Positions 1 through 12,080 of a stretch of 64,000 nt of DNA are shown piece after piece. Position 1 is the first letter of the stretch, and each line of letters starts with the position of its first letter. Origin of the DNA: Lama glama (Eukaryota); assembly GCA_028534125.1 (NCBI GenBank), contig CM052820.1, positions 9,796,001-9,860,000 on the forward strand. Direction: 5' to 3'. The notes beneath the pieces were generated by a model. It was not told where the DNA came from, made no database searches, and worked only from the letters and a program-made list of their open reading frames with translations. Both the position numbers and the translations under genes were made by a program.

Positions 1-1071
1 GTATCTCTTTCCTGCCCAGAATTGGCCAACATTCCAGGGTACAGTTAGAGATTTGCTTCCTGATTTCTCCACCTTCTTCCCATTTTAATATGCTCTGTGT
101 CAGTGTTTATTTGCTCAGTGAAAGCAGAACATTTTAGATTTTTCTATCACCTTGGAGCCACTGTGATCACAGCTTCCTTAAGCTTTCTTCCTTCAAGGAC
201 CTAGCTATTTGGATTCTTTAAACAGTTATTTGAATCCTACTGGTAGTCTCTTTAAAAGTGATTTTATAATGTGGCCTCATGGTAGATATTGATAAAATCC
301 ATTTTTTTTTCTTACCATAATTGTTTCCCAGGTCTCAAGGAATTAAATTCCTCCATATCATGTGAGCTTGGTCATCATCAATTCTGGACATCCAGTGGGA
401 ACCTGGAACTGATTGATCCAGCACTCCTGCCTGGTCTGGGCACAGCATGGTTCACAGGGGCAGCCTCAGGGTTCTTCCCTGTATGGGTTTGTCGTCTAGG
501 GGACGGGGCTTTCCTTGCTTGACTGCAGAATTGTTCCTGGGCTCTTAAAGGGGCCACACTGAGGTCAATCTGCTGATCACATTGGCTTGGAAAAAGGCAC
601 TTACTTAAGCAATTGGCTAAAAGGGGCTTGAAAAGCATGTTTATACAGAGTCTTTCAATACTTAACTATTTTTTTGAGCATTTACTCCATTCAAGGTGAA
701 ATCAGCCTTAGGGCTTCCGTCCTAGGGTGGCTCCCACTGACAAAGGCAGACCCCCTTCCTACCCACCTGGGGTTGGAGTGCTGGGGGACGGGCTAATCAG
801 AGGAAGAAGTGATAAGAGGGCCGGAAAAGCACAGATGTTTTGTTCAAATACCAGGACACAAAAGACAAATAGGGTCCCAGGTCATTTATGCTCCAAAGTT
901 CCATTCCACACAGTCCTTTTTTTTTTTTTTCTTTCCCCTTTTAAACACAGACATTGATGTTTTTTTCTTCTTTTTCTCTCTGAAATGGCCTCAGCTTGTT
1001 GTGTAATCCTGGTGATAGAATTCTTGACATACTATATCATAAAGCTTATAGCTAAGCGTCTTTTATACCTC

Positions 1072-1076
1072 TGTGT

Positions 1077-1116
<40 letters not shown>
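1072..1116. repeat. (GT)n microsatellite
   Basis: About 22 GT units with one interruption. Confidence 0.95.
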
Positions 1117-1118
<2 letters not shown>

Positions 1119-3574
1119 TTAACCTCAGATTACATGTGTAATTTTCAAACACATTCCCTTATAATCAGTTTTGTTTGTTGTCAGTACTTGTTGACTATGA
1201 AAGCTTCTGGAAAAGTTGTTTAAAATACAGGACCCAGGGCTCTCTTGACACACATCCTTTTCACCGAAATGAATCTCTGGTTAAAAGCTGTTTTTAAACC
1301 TGTTTAAAAATTAACTGACTTGAAATAAATCCTACATGCTTGTGTGAACCATACATTAAAAATAGGAATTTATAGCTGCTAATGGCTTTTGTTTCAAAGT
1401 TTCCAGAAATAACCAAATGGAGTTCCACAGGTCTTTGACTAGGGACAGTCATGGTATCCTCCATGGATTTCTGGGGCTGCTGGCTTTTGCGCATTCTCAG
1501 TTGTCACCCAAGTCTAAGAGGAGTTGGTGTGACTGGACTATATTTGCATTTAGAGTGTTAGCCAGCCTCCAGAGTACATATGCTGGGCTGTTTATGAAAC
1601 GTCAGCTGACAGCTGAAGAGCAGAAGATTCTATTTTGGGAACTGTCCTAAATGTGAGATTCTGTGGTTTAAAAAAAAAAATTCAGTGTCCTACAGATAAG
1701 AATACTTAAAACAGGAAGCAGGGGCAATTTATTGCTTCCTGTATAACTATTCTTATCAGTGTGATAAGCTTTAGGTTTCGGTTCTGCTTTCCTGATTTCT
1801 TTTCTTGTAATCAGCTTCTATAAGAGGATTAAAAATTAAAAAAAAAAAGGATGGGGAGTTGAGGGGTCTGGGGAGAATTTACCAACATCGTTTTTCCTGT
1901 CTTGATAAGGTGCTTTCATTTCCCACCACTCACGAGTATTTCCTCAGCCAAGAGAAGCTCTGTGGACGGCTGTTCACTCATTCCGTTGGCTGTATCTCTT
2001 GTGTCGTGTGCACATGTAGGATTGATTCTTTATCTGTTGTAATGCAAGGCTAGGTTGACTGTCATACATGAAAGGTCGAATGATATTATAGAACCAGCAT
2101 GGCCAAGAAAAGAGAGGTGAATTTTATTCCTGAATCTGCCACTTCCTGGGATCCACCATTCTTTGACCTAATTTTCTGGTCCATAAAATTGGACGTAGCG
2201 AAATTTCCCCAATCTGACAGTGTTGTTCTGAGGATCGAGGAAAAGTGCCTTTGGGAAATCTGAATTGCCTTCCAAGCCTTAAGGTTGGCAGTGGTTTGAG
2301 TTTAGATCCCACCACTCCCCTTTCACCCTTAGAACACATGGGTGCTTTTGGTTTATGTTTCCTTCCTTACTAAAAATATCTTTCAAATTCAGTCGGCTTC
2401 CTTGACTTCTTGGCTGGACGAGTGTATTGTGATTGAGTGCCTGAAAAGATGCATTGACTTGGATGCTTCAGTTCAGGTGTTTGTCTCATGAAGTATGGGT
2501 GTGTTGCACTGTGAAATTCGAGGAAATTGGATTGCATTTATTAGCTTGGCATAGGAAAAAAAAAAGTTCTGCACTTGGGCTAAAATATTTCATAAGCTGA
2601 AAGTATCCATCAGGGTTAAAGACTGAAATGTGTTTATTAAATTTTAGAAGGAGATGGGAATGTGCATTTATAGTTCCTGTGGATTTAATTGTATACTAAG
2701 CATGGAAGATAAAAGTGTGACTGGGTAGCACTGAATGTTTTCGTCCACGAATTTCTTGTTGATAAATCTCTCTGTTCTTACATCTCAGCACTCTTTGCCG
2801 GAGAGCCCTGGTGTCCTGTGCTGTGCTGGGCAGAAGGGACTGCCGTCTTGAAGGGGTGGGAAAAGGAAAGCATGAGTCCTACTTAGTGAAGGAACTAGAT
2901 CAGCTCTTTAAGGTTGGTCCTAGAATCGAAATCGTGCCATTTACTTGTCCTAAAGAAAGGAAGCTTTGGAGAGTGAAAACTAGCAAAAAGAGTGTTATTT
3001 TATTCTTGCTGTGATAAAATGACTTTGGTAGTGTTGGCTATGTTGTGATTTTAAAGGTTACTTTTTTTTTTTTTTAAACAGGGGAGTGTGGATGTTTAGG
3101 TGTGAGCTCCTTCTTGGTCCTGACTTGCATTGGTCAAAGTTACAGGTTTAGGGGGAGGATAATGACGGTAGGGTACACACGGTTGTAGAGGAGTTTACAG
3201 CAGGGTGCCCTTTCCCATGCTTATATGCACAGCATTAGTCAGCTGTCCAGAACAATATTTTCAGGGGCTCACCAGGCACGTTTGTATTCCAAAACTATTT
3301 CAGAGCATTTGGCTCCATTGGTCAAGGAAAAAGAAAATAGAGACAAAAAAAAAAAAAAAAAAAAAAGAACCAAAGGGTAAGTTGGAGGAGGAGTAAAATT
3401 GCATGACCCTTTTGTAAATAGTCAACGACTAGAGTTCATGATTTGTAATTACCCAGAGGTTAGAATTTTAGTTATTTTGCTATTTTATTTTCTAGGCAGA
3501 GTAGATTATATGAGTCTTTGTATGAGTCTTTTGAATTTATTAAGGAAAATATTAGGGCTGTAAGTGTCCTTAAA

Positions 3575-3700
3575 GCTTCAAATGTTCATTGTATAGATAA
3601 ATAAACTTGGACCCAGGGGGCGAAGTAACTTGTTCAAGATGACCCAGCTGGTTTACAGTAGTGTCAGCAGAGATTCCTGGTGTGTAATCTCCAGCTTGGT
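3575..3700 (-). mobile_element. MIR SINE fragment
   Basis: cattgtatagataaataaac...cccagggggcgaagtaacttgttcaagatgacccagctgg resembles the MIR core. Confidence 0.55.
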
Positions 3701-3839
3701 GCACTTCCTGCTTGCTGTCCTGCGTACAGACGTGCATGTATATAATGCTTTGTCTATTTTATGTTTACATACATCTATGTTACATATTCACATTTGTGTG
3801 TGAGCTGTGTATGTGTGTGTGTGTGTATTAGAGATTTAA

Positions 3840-4030
3840 TTGTTCGTTCATTTGTTTCTCACATATTTACAATGCGAGGCGCTGCTCTGGATGCTAGGAA
3901 TACAGCTGGGAATAAGACTTAGTCCTTGCCCTCATGGAGTTTATATTCCCGTGGGACAAGCAGGTAATAAATAAACTTATTTCAGATCGTTCTGAGTGCT
4001 CTTAGGAAAAACCAAGCAGAATAGAGGAGT
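3840..4030 (-). mobile_element. L2 LINE 3' fragment
   Basis: ttcattt...ggatgctaggaatacagctgggaataagac...gccctcatggagtttatattc is typical of an L2 3' end. Confidence 0.65.
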
Positions 4031-5709
4031 GTGTGGGCAAAATATACAATCATAAATTTATCAAAGAAGCTAAAGAGACCACACTCACATTTCATTTTAA
4101 TTTATTATTTTTGAGGATTTAAAAAAAAATTCTATTGGGCAAGAAGCACTCAAAGTTTTCAAAGATATGTTAGGGAAAAATTGTAGTTTATGAGAATAAT
4201 TAAAGGATTTGAAAGATTGCTTGTTAAATGGAGTTTCCTCTTTTATATGTAGAGTGTTTTTGGTTATTAGCACTACTTGGAAATAATTTATGAACCCTGG
4301 TAATTAACTGCCTGTATCTATGACTTAGTCAACCCTCACCATAAAGTTTTAAAAATGCATTTATGACTACCAGGACTCTATAAATGCTTTCTTTCCAACC
4401 TCCCGTTTCCTTTCTGGGAGAGGAATGTATTTCTGTGCCTACACTGCTCACACAGGAAGGCACTTGAAACCATGATGCTGTATTTTATACAACGTGAAAG
4501 GGCATATCTCATATAATAGGAAGGCAATCATGGACAGTATGTCTTGACTAAGATAAATGTATGCTTATTATCAGGGTGGCCCGAGTTTATTCAGAAAAGT
4601 TGGAAGACTCTATTCCATTGGCTTATGATTTTTTTTTTATGTACCTGTTTTTCCTGGAGCCATCAATGCAAAGTTTGCTACAGATAATGACCAGAGGAGT
4701 TCTTCCCTATTTTCTCCCCTGTTGCCACTAAAAGAATTACTTTCTTTAACTGCTTTGATGGTATAATGATGGGTTGATAAGTTGTTGCTTTTCAAACAGA
4801 AGTTAGGTCCCTAGCCTCCTGTGAAACTCTTAGGAAACCTAAAATGATGTGTCCTGTGTGTGGAGGTCTTCTATCCATGGACTCCTTGGCTGGAAGGCCA
4901 GGCCCAGAAATGGCCCTGTGTTTCCATGGGGAGGCATGCCTTCCTGTGGTCTAGTGTGTGAACTTCTGGAGACACTCTGGGCAGCCTGCTTTTCCTTGTC
5001 AGTCCCTGACCATGTGAACCTGAACTGTTGTAATCTTAATGTCCATGCTCTGCATTGCCAGTGTCCGTTCTTGGCTGGGCAAGGGCCAGTGTCCTTAGCT
5101 GTCTTCAGTTTCACTGTTTGTTCATAACTCTTTCCTGACTCTACACAGTTGATTGCAATCTTTGGCATGTCTTCAATGCTTTAAGAGCATTCTTGTGGTC
5201 ATAGAGTGATTTGGTGATGGTGGTAGCATTGGATCAGAATTCTAGTACTCATTTCTGGGTTCTGATTGTTTCTTCTGCTTCATAAACAATATTGATATAT
5301 ATTGAATAGAGTTACATAAAATATATAAAATATGAGTGGCCCTGTTACGCAAACAAGTCTTATCATGTTGTTGTTGGAAAATGGGTCAAAGAAGGAACCA
5401 TCCACTGCCTCAGTCAGCTCTGATAACTTTAAAGAAGAATCAAGATCTTAGTGAACTTCTGAGGTCATCCAAGTTGGTAACAGCTGGAACCTGGTTTCAA
5501 ATGGACTTTAAGGTCAGTAAATACAGAGCATTGCTCAAGGCAGTTCTGCCAATCAACTCTTGGCATGTTATGCAGTGCACAAAACACTTACGACTTTGAT
5601 TAGCCCTTTGGTTGTGATTTGGTTTATTTTCATCTTATCAACGATTATTTGCTTGTTATGTTCATTATTATTTCATAAAGTGTATTTGCATCAATGCAAC
5701 TAATATATC

Positions 5710-6240
5710 TCCATTCATTCATTCCGCAGATACTTCCCTGTTGAGTACCTCCTCTGTGACCAGATATGTTTTTGGAAAATGGAGATTCTCTAGTGAATCA
5801 GGCAGAGTAACAGGTTTTTGTCCTCATGGAGTATATATTATTCTTGTAGAAGAGATGAATGATAAGTAAATGGAAGTAATATAATTTTGAAGAGTAAGCA
5901 CTACAAAGAAAATTAAGTAGCGTAAAGTGATACAGGAGAGGGGTGGGCTGTTTTTGATAAGGGAAGTCAGAAAAGGAGGCAGTGTTTGAGCAAACACCTG
6001 AATGAGGTGAAGGAGAACGTTCTCCATCCGCTTGCTGGTGAAGACTGTTCTCAGGAGGAGCAGGAGAAGACAGAGTCCTGCAGTGGGAACAATTCCGGCG
6101 TGTTCCAGTGCCTCTGGAGCAGCAGAGAAAGGGATGGGAGATGCAACTGGAGTCGTAGGTTAGGACCAGATCTTGGAGGGCTTGATAGGCAGTGGTGAGT
6201 CATTTGGATTCATTCTAAGGGTGACGGAAGCACATTAAGG
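5710..6240 (-). mobile_element. L2 LINE fragment
   Basis: cattcattcatt tail, gtcctcatggagtatatattatt, tttgagcaaacacctgaatgagg, ttggattcattctaagggtga. Confidence 0.7.
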
Positions 6241-7940
6241 AGGTTACCATGTGTGCCAGGACCACCCAACATGCCGACCATGCTTCATATTGGAGAGACA
6301 TGCATTCTCTGTGGAGTTCTGTTGATTAAGGCAATCAGCTGGGACCTCTTACATAGGAACCAAAGCCACCTGTGACCTAGATTTTCCTACATTCATTCCC
6401 AGCATCACCCAGGCCTATTTTAGGGGTACGTTAAAGAGATTTCCTCTTTAGTCTTGTCACATTGCTGTTTGCTCAATCCCCTGGGATGCCCATTGGCCAA
6501 ACTGGGTGACTTTAGCTTGGTCTCAGTTCCAGGCCGGTCTGGTTGCTTGGCCACACACCTGATGACTGTTGACACATTCCTTACAAGACACGCCTACTCT
6601 GGTTTCTTCAAAGCCAGATCCCAGTTCTTCTATTAAGAATGGCCACGGCCCTTCCTTCTTGGGTAGGATCCTTGGTGTAAGCCACTAACAAGCATTCTAA
6701 CTGTAAAGAATTTAATCTTCTTTTTATATATCTTGATCTGGTCATTTTTGTTTTGGAATCCATGTCACCCAACATGACCTGTTCGCATAGTCACCCTACT
6801 AGTACTTGCACGTATTTCAAAACTCTTTTTATCTTAAGTGGTTTTTAGGTTATGAGATCCAAATTTAGACTTGCTGATAACGCTTGGCTGCCAATTGACT
6901 GGCACTGAGTGGAAGTCTGTATGTTTTAGGAAGTATAGTATTAGTTCACTTTAATCCTTTAATCTTTCTGTTTGCGAGATACTAGTCTACCCCAACACCT
7001 GCATTTCACAGCGTTCTTCCTGTGACATGTAAGACCGCTAATGGAAACATATGGCATCATTCAGGTGGAGTGAGTTAGCTTTGACTTTTATTGCTTTTTT
7101 TTTTCCAAACCGGATTTTACCTACTTCCTGGAAAATGTTGGCCAAGTTAACTTTTAATGATGTTTTGATATGCCATTTGCTTTAAGGTGTTAATTCTATG
7201 ACCATTCTTGTTTGGAGCTGCTCTGGACAGCTGGCTCTTAGTGGTTTCATGGGGACATGCGGTGGGTTGATGAAACCCTAAATGGGAGGGTGGTGGTGGG
7301 AGAGTGATTGTCATGATCTGAACTCCTGCAATTTTAAGCATTTAGTAGGGAAGCAGAACCTATAAAAATGTGCACTAATGAACTAACCACCTTCAGACTG
7401 TCTCCTTGCTTATCACCTTGCTGTTCGTAATACCAGGGACTATGCCTCCATCACTTTTAGTCAACACTGAAAATGTGCATTTTACAAAAGTGCAGGATTT
7501 CATGAAGTCAATGAAAGTAATGTTAAAGGATGGCTGAGACTCACATATAGTCAATGACCAGGATCAAAGATGCCGTACTTCTAAAACACACCGTAAAAAT
7601 ACAGGATTAGAGGGACCTTTGCGGGAAACTGGTAAAGCCTTTGAATATTTCTATAGAAATGATCCTTTTTATGATTGTTCTATGAAAACCAAACAAGAAT
7701 TCAAAGATGAAACATGAAAGGAAAATAATCCCCAAACTGAACACTTGATCATCCTCTGTTCATTCCAAGACCTTGCCAGCAGACGCAACTAAGACTTACA
7801 TTTTGTTAAATGTAACGTTAAAGAGCTTGTTCCCATATATTTTAATTTCAATATTTACAATATTCTAGTCTCCCAATTCCATCCAACTCCCCCCACCTTT
7901 TTTTTTTAAACTATGAAAATCAGGTCCCTGTGTTAAATTG

Positions 7941-8036
7941 ATTTTTGTTTTTCTTTTAATGGAGGTACTGGGGATTGAACCCAGGACCTCATGCATGCTA
8001 AACACGCACTCTACCGCTGAGCTCTACCCAAGCCCC
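7941..8036 (-). mobile_element. tRNA-Ala-derived camelid SINE (vic-1 type)
   Basis: Reverse complement reads ..TAGAGCTCAGCGGTAGAGTGCGTGTTTAGCATGCATGAGGTCCTGGGTTCAATCCCCAGTACCTCC plus an A-rich tail; A and B boxes present; gatttt on both flanks. Confidence 0.85.
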
Positions 8037-8789
8037 GATTTTACTTTTTAAAATGGCCTTTTTCTGGTACCAGTTATGTTCAGCTGATAAAGATATCCTG
8101 CATATTTCTTTTAGGGATGTGGTGGAAGACAATCTTTGGCTGCCCTTTCCTGTTGTTTCCCTAAATTTTGCGAAGTAGAAACTAGAGTTTCTCGTTGTCC
8201 CAGTGCTGGGAGGCCAGTTGGTGGAGTAGGCAGATGGCAGAATTCCGGGGATGTTTCACTGGAAAGACCATTAGTGCCATGGGTTGTCTTCAGGAGCTCA
8301 TTGGAACAGTGGTACTTGCCAGCCTTGTCGCAAACACCAGGAAGTTGTTGATTCCTCAGGGGGCCCCAGTAAAAATTCTTCCTGGCCCTTAGAGCTGGAT
8401 ATGGATTAATCCTGAAGACAGCTGCATCAAGAGGACCCTCCAAAGTAGTCTGTCCGACAACAAATAGCTATTCATGAAGAGCTTGCTGCTTGCTAAGTCA
8501 ATACACGTTTACATCTTAAAGGGATTATCACACGGCTAATTCCGTTTATTTCCAGAGGGAGGTGAGTTTGAGCAGATTTTTTTCTAAGAAAGGAATATGA
8601 ATTGATCAAGCCATAGAGGGAGGCTGAGATACTTACGGATATAATCGAGGAGGGAAATGGAAATGGAAGCAGATTTTCTTAGCTTTGAAGAGAACTACTG
8701 AGACACAAAATTTGTGCGATCGAGTTCTGAGTACTGTATTGATGGCGTCTCTCTAACCACCATGTCAGTGTGATAGTGCACTGTTTGTC

Positions 8790-9115
8790 TTTATTTTTAT
8801 TTATTTTACTAATAGTTGAAGTAGAGCTGATGTGCAATAGCATACGTTCCAAGTATATGTAACAGTATAGTGACTCAATTTTTAAAGGTTATACTCTGTT
8901 TATAGTTATTATAAAATATTGGCTTTCATCCTCACATTGTACAATATATCCTGGTAGCTTATTTTCTACCGAAGAGCTTGTACCTCTTACATCGCCTTCC
9001 CCTGTATCGCTCACCACCCTTCCCTCTCCCCACGGTAACCACTGGCTTGTTCTCTGTGTCTGTGAGTCTGCTGCTTTTTTGTTCTATTACTAGTTTGCTG
9101 TATTTTTCAGATTTT
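8790..9115 (-). mobile_element. L1 3' UTR fragment (L1MA/artiodactyl L1 type)
   Basis: gaagtagagctgatgtgcaata...cagtatagtgactcaatttt...ggtaaccactggcttgttctctgtgtctgtgagtctg. Confidence 0.75.
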
Positions 9116-12060
9116 AGGCAGCACTTCATTGGTACGTTTTCTTGTAGGAAAACCAGTTAGGTGGCTGGTCTGTTTCTGATCTGCTCACACGGTAGATAGA
9201 GGAGCACTCAACCTTGACGGGTGTGACACCAAGACAGATGGTACATCATCCTGGTCCAGAGGGGACGCTGTGACTGCCACTGCATGCCTGCCTCAGCTCC
9301 TTTTTTGGATTCAAAGCATCATCCTCATTCATTCTCTCTCTTTTTACTGATCTTCCCGTGTCAGGTGGATGGAGTACTTTGCATAGCAATTTAAAAAAAT
9401 CCGTATTTTCAAATCTGATTCTTGGTCACAGTCCTTTACTGATCTCTTGTTATTGTCAAAGGAACACACTCTTTGATTAGTGCAGTAAAAGCAAAAGCGA
9501 AATATTCCTTAGAAAATCTGGGATGGGGAGAAATCATAAAACCTATTTTTAGATGGAATAGAAATGATACTGGATCGTGTGCTGTTAAAGGTTGTCCAGG
9601 CTCCATCTTTCAGCTTTTGGCGTGAACTGGAGTTATGTGCAGGGATTTTCAGTCTAGTATTAGTATTTGGAGTTCATTTCCCATATAAAATTGATACAAA
9701 CGCGTTTTGAAGCCCTGACTACCTAGTGACTGGTCCAAAGATTATCACATTAAGTAGGATATATTAGTACCCTGAGGCTCATTGTTGGTATTGACAATGA
9801 AGAAAAGAGCAGCTTGGGAGTTGCTGGAGAGAAATTCAGTTCAGCAGTCAACGTTTTTGTGAATGGGGGACTTATGTACGGCCTTTTTTGACGGCATTTC
9901 AAGTTGATTTGGAGTTATTGTGAGGGTGATGAATAATTCCAGATGGAATAAAAGTTATAGAAACCAAGAGAGAAAAACCACAGAAGTATGGATACCTTGG
10001 CTGTGGGAAGTCAGATGCACTGTGAGCTAATGTTTCGGGTTGCTGGTGCTGGAGAGGAGAGCTATTTCTGCTGCTGTTTGGCTTTTGGAAAGCAGATGGC
10101 ATCCTTTAAAAACTACCCTTGAAATTCATGCTGAGTTGCTCATTGCACTGTCATGTTGGCATTCCAAGATGGGTCACCACCAGGACCTGAGATGTGGCGT
10201 CCGTGGCACTGTTTGCGGGTTTTGTTCGCAGTGTTTGTGTTGTAGAAGGGCATCGTAGCCGCCTTCCCTGGGGGCCTTGATGAGGACTCTCAGGATCTTG
10301 CATAATTCTAGGACTGAAGAACCCACAACATGGTATAAAAAGAAAAATCCCCAAAATGTAGTAATTTGAATAAAAAGGAACCCAAGATAGGACGTATGGG
10401 GAATGTTGAGAGAATGGTGGATTTGAAGCTACCAAGACCGTCCAGTGTAAGGCCGTCCGCCGTGCGGTCGCCGCAGGTCTGGTATTCCTCATGCTCAGAA
10501 TCTCCCTTCCTGGCCTTTGAAAGTGCTCTTCCCTCCTCTTCCCTTCCCATTCAGGAAATTACTGTGCCTTCTGTACCGTAAAAGCATTTAAAGGAAGAGA
10601 ATGACACAGAATGTTCTGAAGTCAGTCCTCTTCTCTTCTTGGTGATCAAAGTGGCCTTCAGTGATACTCCGTTTGGAATAACAACACCGGTTTATACTTG
10701 GGCAGACCACTTGTTAGCTGTTTTCCTCGCCTGATTCCTTAGAAAGGCGTTTTCCGTTTGTAGGGTTGTTACCATGACCTGATTTGGTTTCTGTGTGCAG
10801 CCCCTCTTTGTATTCCTCCTGATTTACAGTGAAATATGTGGTTTTCTGGACTTTACAGGGAGTCGACAAGTTAGCCTTACAGGCCAAAATCCGGCCATCA
10901 CCTGTTTCTGTAGGTTTTTGGAGGCACAGCTACACCTATTTCTTATGGGCCATTATCTTGGCCACTTTCCAGCTGTAACAGCAGTTGAGTTGTCACAAGA
11001 GATTATAGGCAGACCTGGTAGGCGCAACTAATACTGTGATCTTTTTTTTGCTCTTTATCTTTTTTTAACTCTTCTATGGTCTCATGGCATTTTACATGGT
11101 TTTGTCACAGCAGGCATGAGTTACGTGTTTTTAATGGTTAGTACAATATGACGTACGTAATTTGGGGGCATTGATTCTAAGTCAGGATGCCACATCCAAA
11201 TGGTGATAGTGCGTTCTGTTCATTAGGAACAAGGCTTTTAAAAACTTTGCTATATTAATAAATGAAACAAAATTCAAATCTGTGTTGTTCTGGAAGATAA
11301 TGATTGGCAGTTGTTAGAAGAAAGTGAGCCTTAGGGAGCCTTCCAATCTGTATTTAGAGGGCTTCTGTAGTAAGCAAGCATTGCGTCGATGTACAGGTCA
11401 GCCCTTTGTATAGATTAGTCATTTTTGCCCTCGTACATGCTTTTCTGAAGATCAGAATGAAGGGCCCGTGCAAGCCAATAACCAGGTGGGCTTTGCTAAA
11501 AACTGGAGAACTTTAATATTCCTATAGTTTATGATGAGAAGCAGTGTCACTTGGCAACCTCTCTTATCCATAACCATGCTAATGGCTGTCATAATTTCCA
11601 AATTACATTAATGAAACATTCATTTAAGTTTCAAGACTCACAATTTGGGGCTGAACTAGTGAGGTCGAATGCCTCTTCCTTGGGCCGATTCTGTGGATTC
11701 GGAGAATTTCAGATTTATTGAAGTCCCTATAAAATCTTAGTTCTGTTCAAATTTTAGAACCTTATCGTCTGCAATTTAGAATTCTTTGTAGGAAGATGGA
11801 AGCACTGTGAAACCTCAACTGGCCTTTATTAGGTATAAATTTTGATAAGAAGCAAAACTTTGTCACTGGAAATAATGGTTGACTAGTGTGGAGAAGGTGG
11901 CTGGGAAGAATTCCATAGGAAGTATCAAAGATAAAATGAGTAATTTCCAACTTTTTCTGGTATGGCTTTTGGAAACTGGCTTGGACTTTATAAAACCCAC
12001 AACCACCTGGGCTGTGGAAGGCACAACTCCTTGGGACGGTTTCACACAGATGATGGTGTA

Positions 12061-12080
12061 AATAGCGCCCCCTGTGGTTG
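12061..12080 (-). promoter_or_regulatory. Candidate CTCF binding site
   Basis: Reverse complement CAACCACAGGGGGCGCTATT contains the AGGGGGCGCTA core of the CTCF consensus; the 5' part is imperfect. Confidence 0.5.

Noticed and set aside
7340-7900. Possible ancient Tigger transposase remnant
   Set aside because: Only a vague resemblance; cannot be supported without a Dfam search
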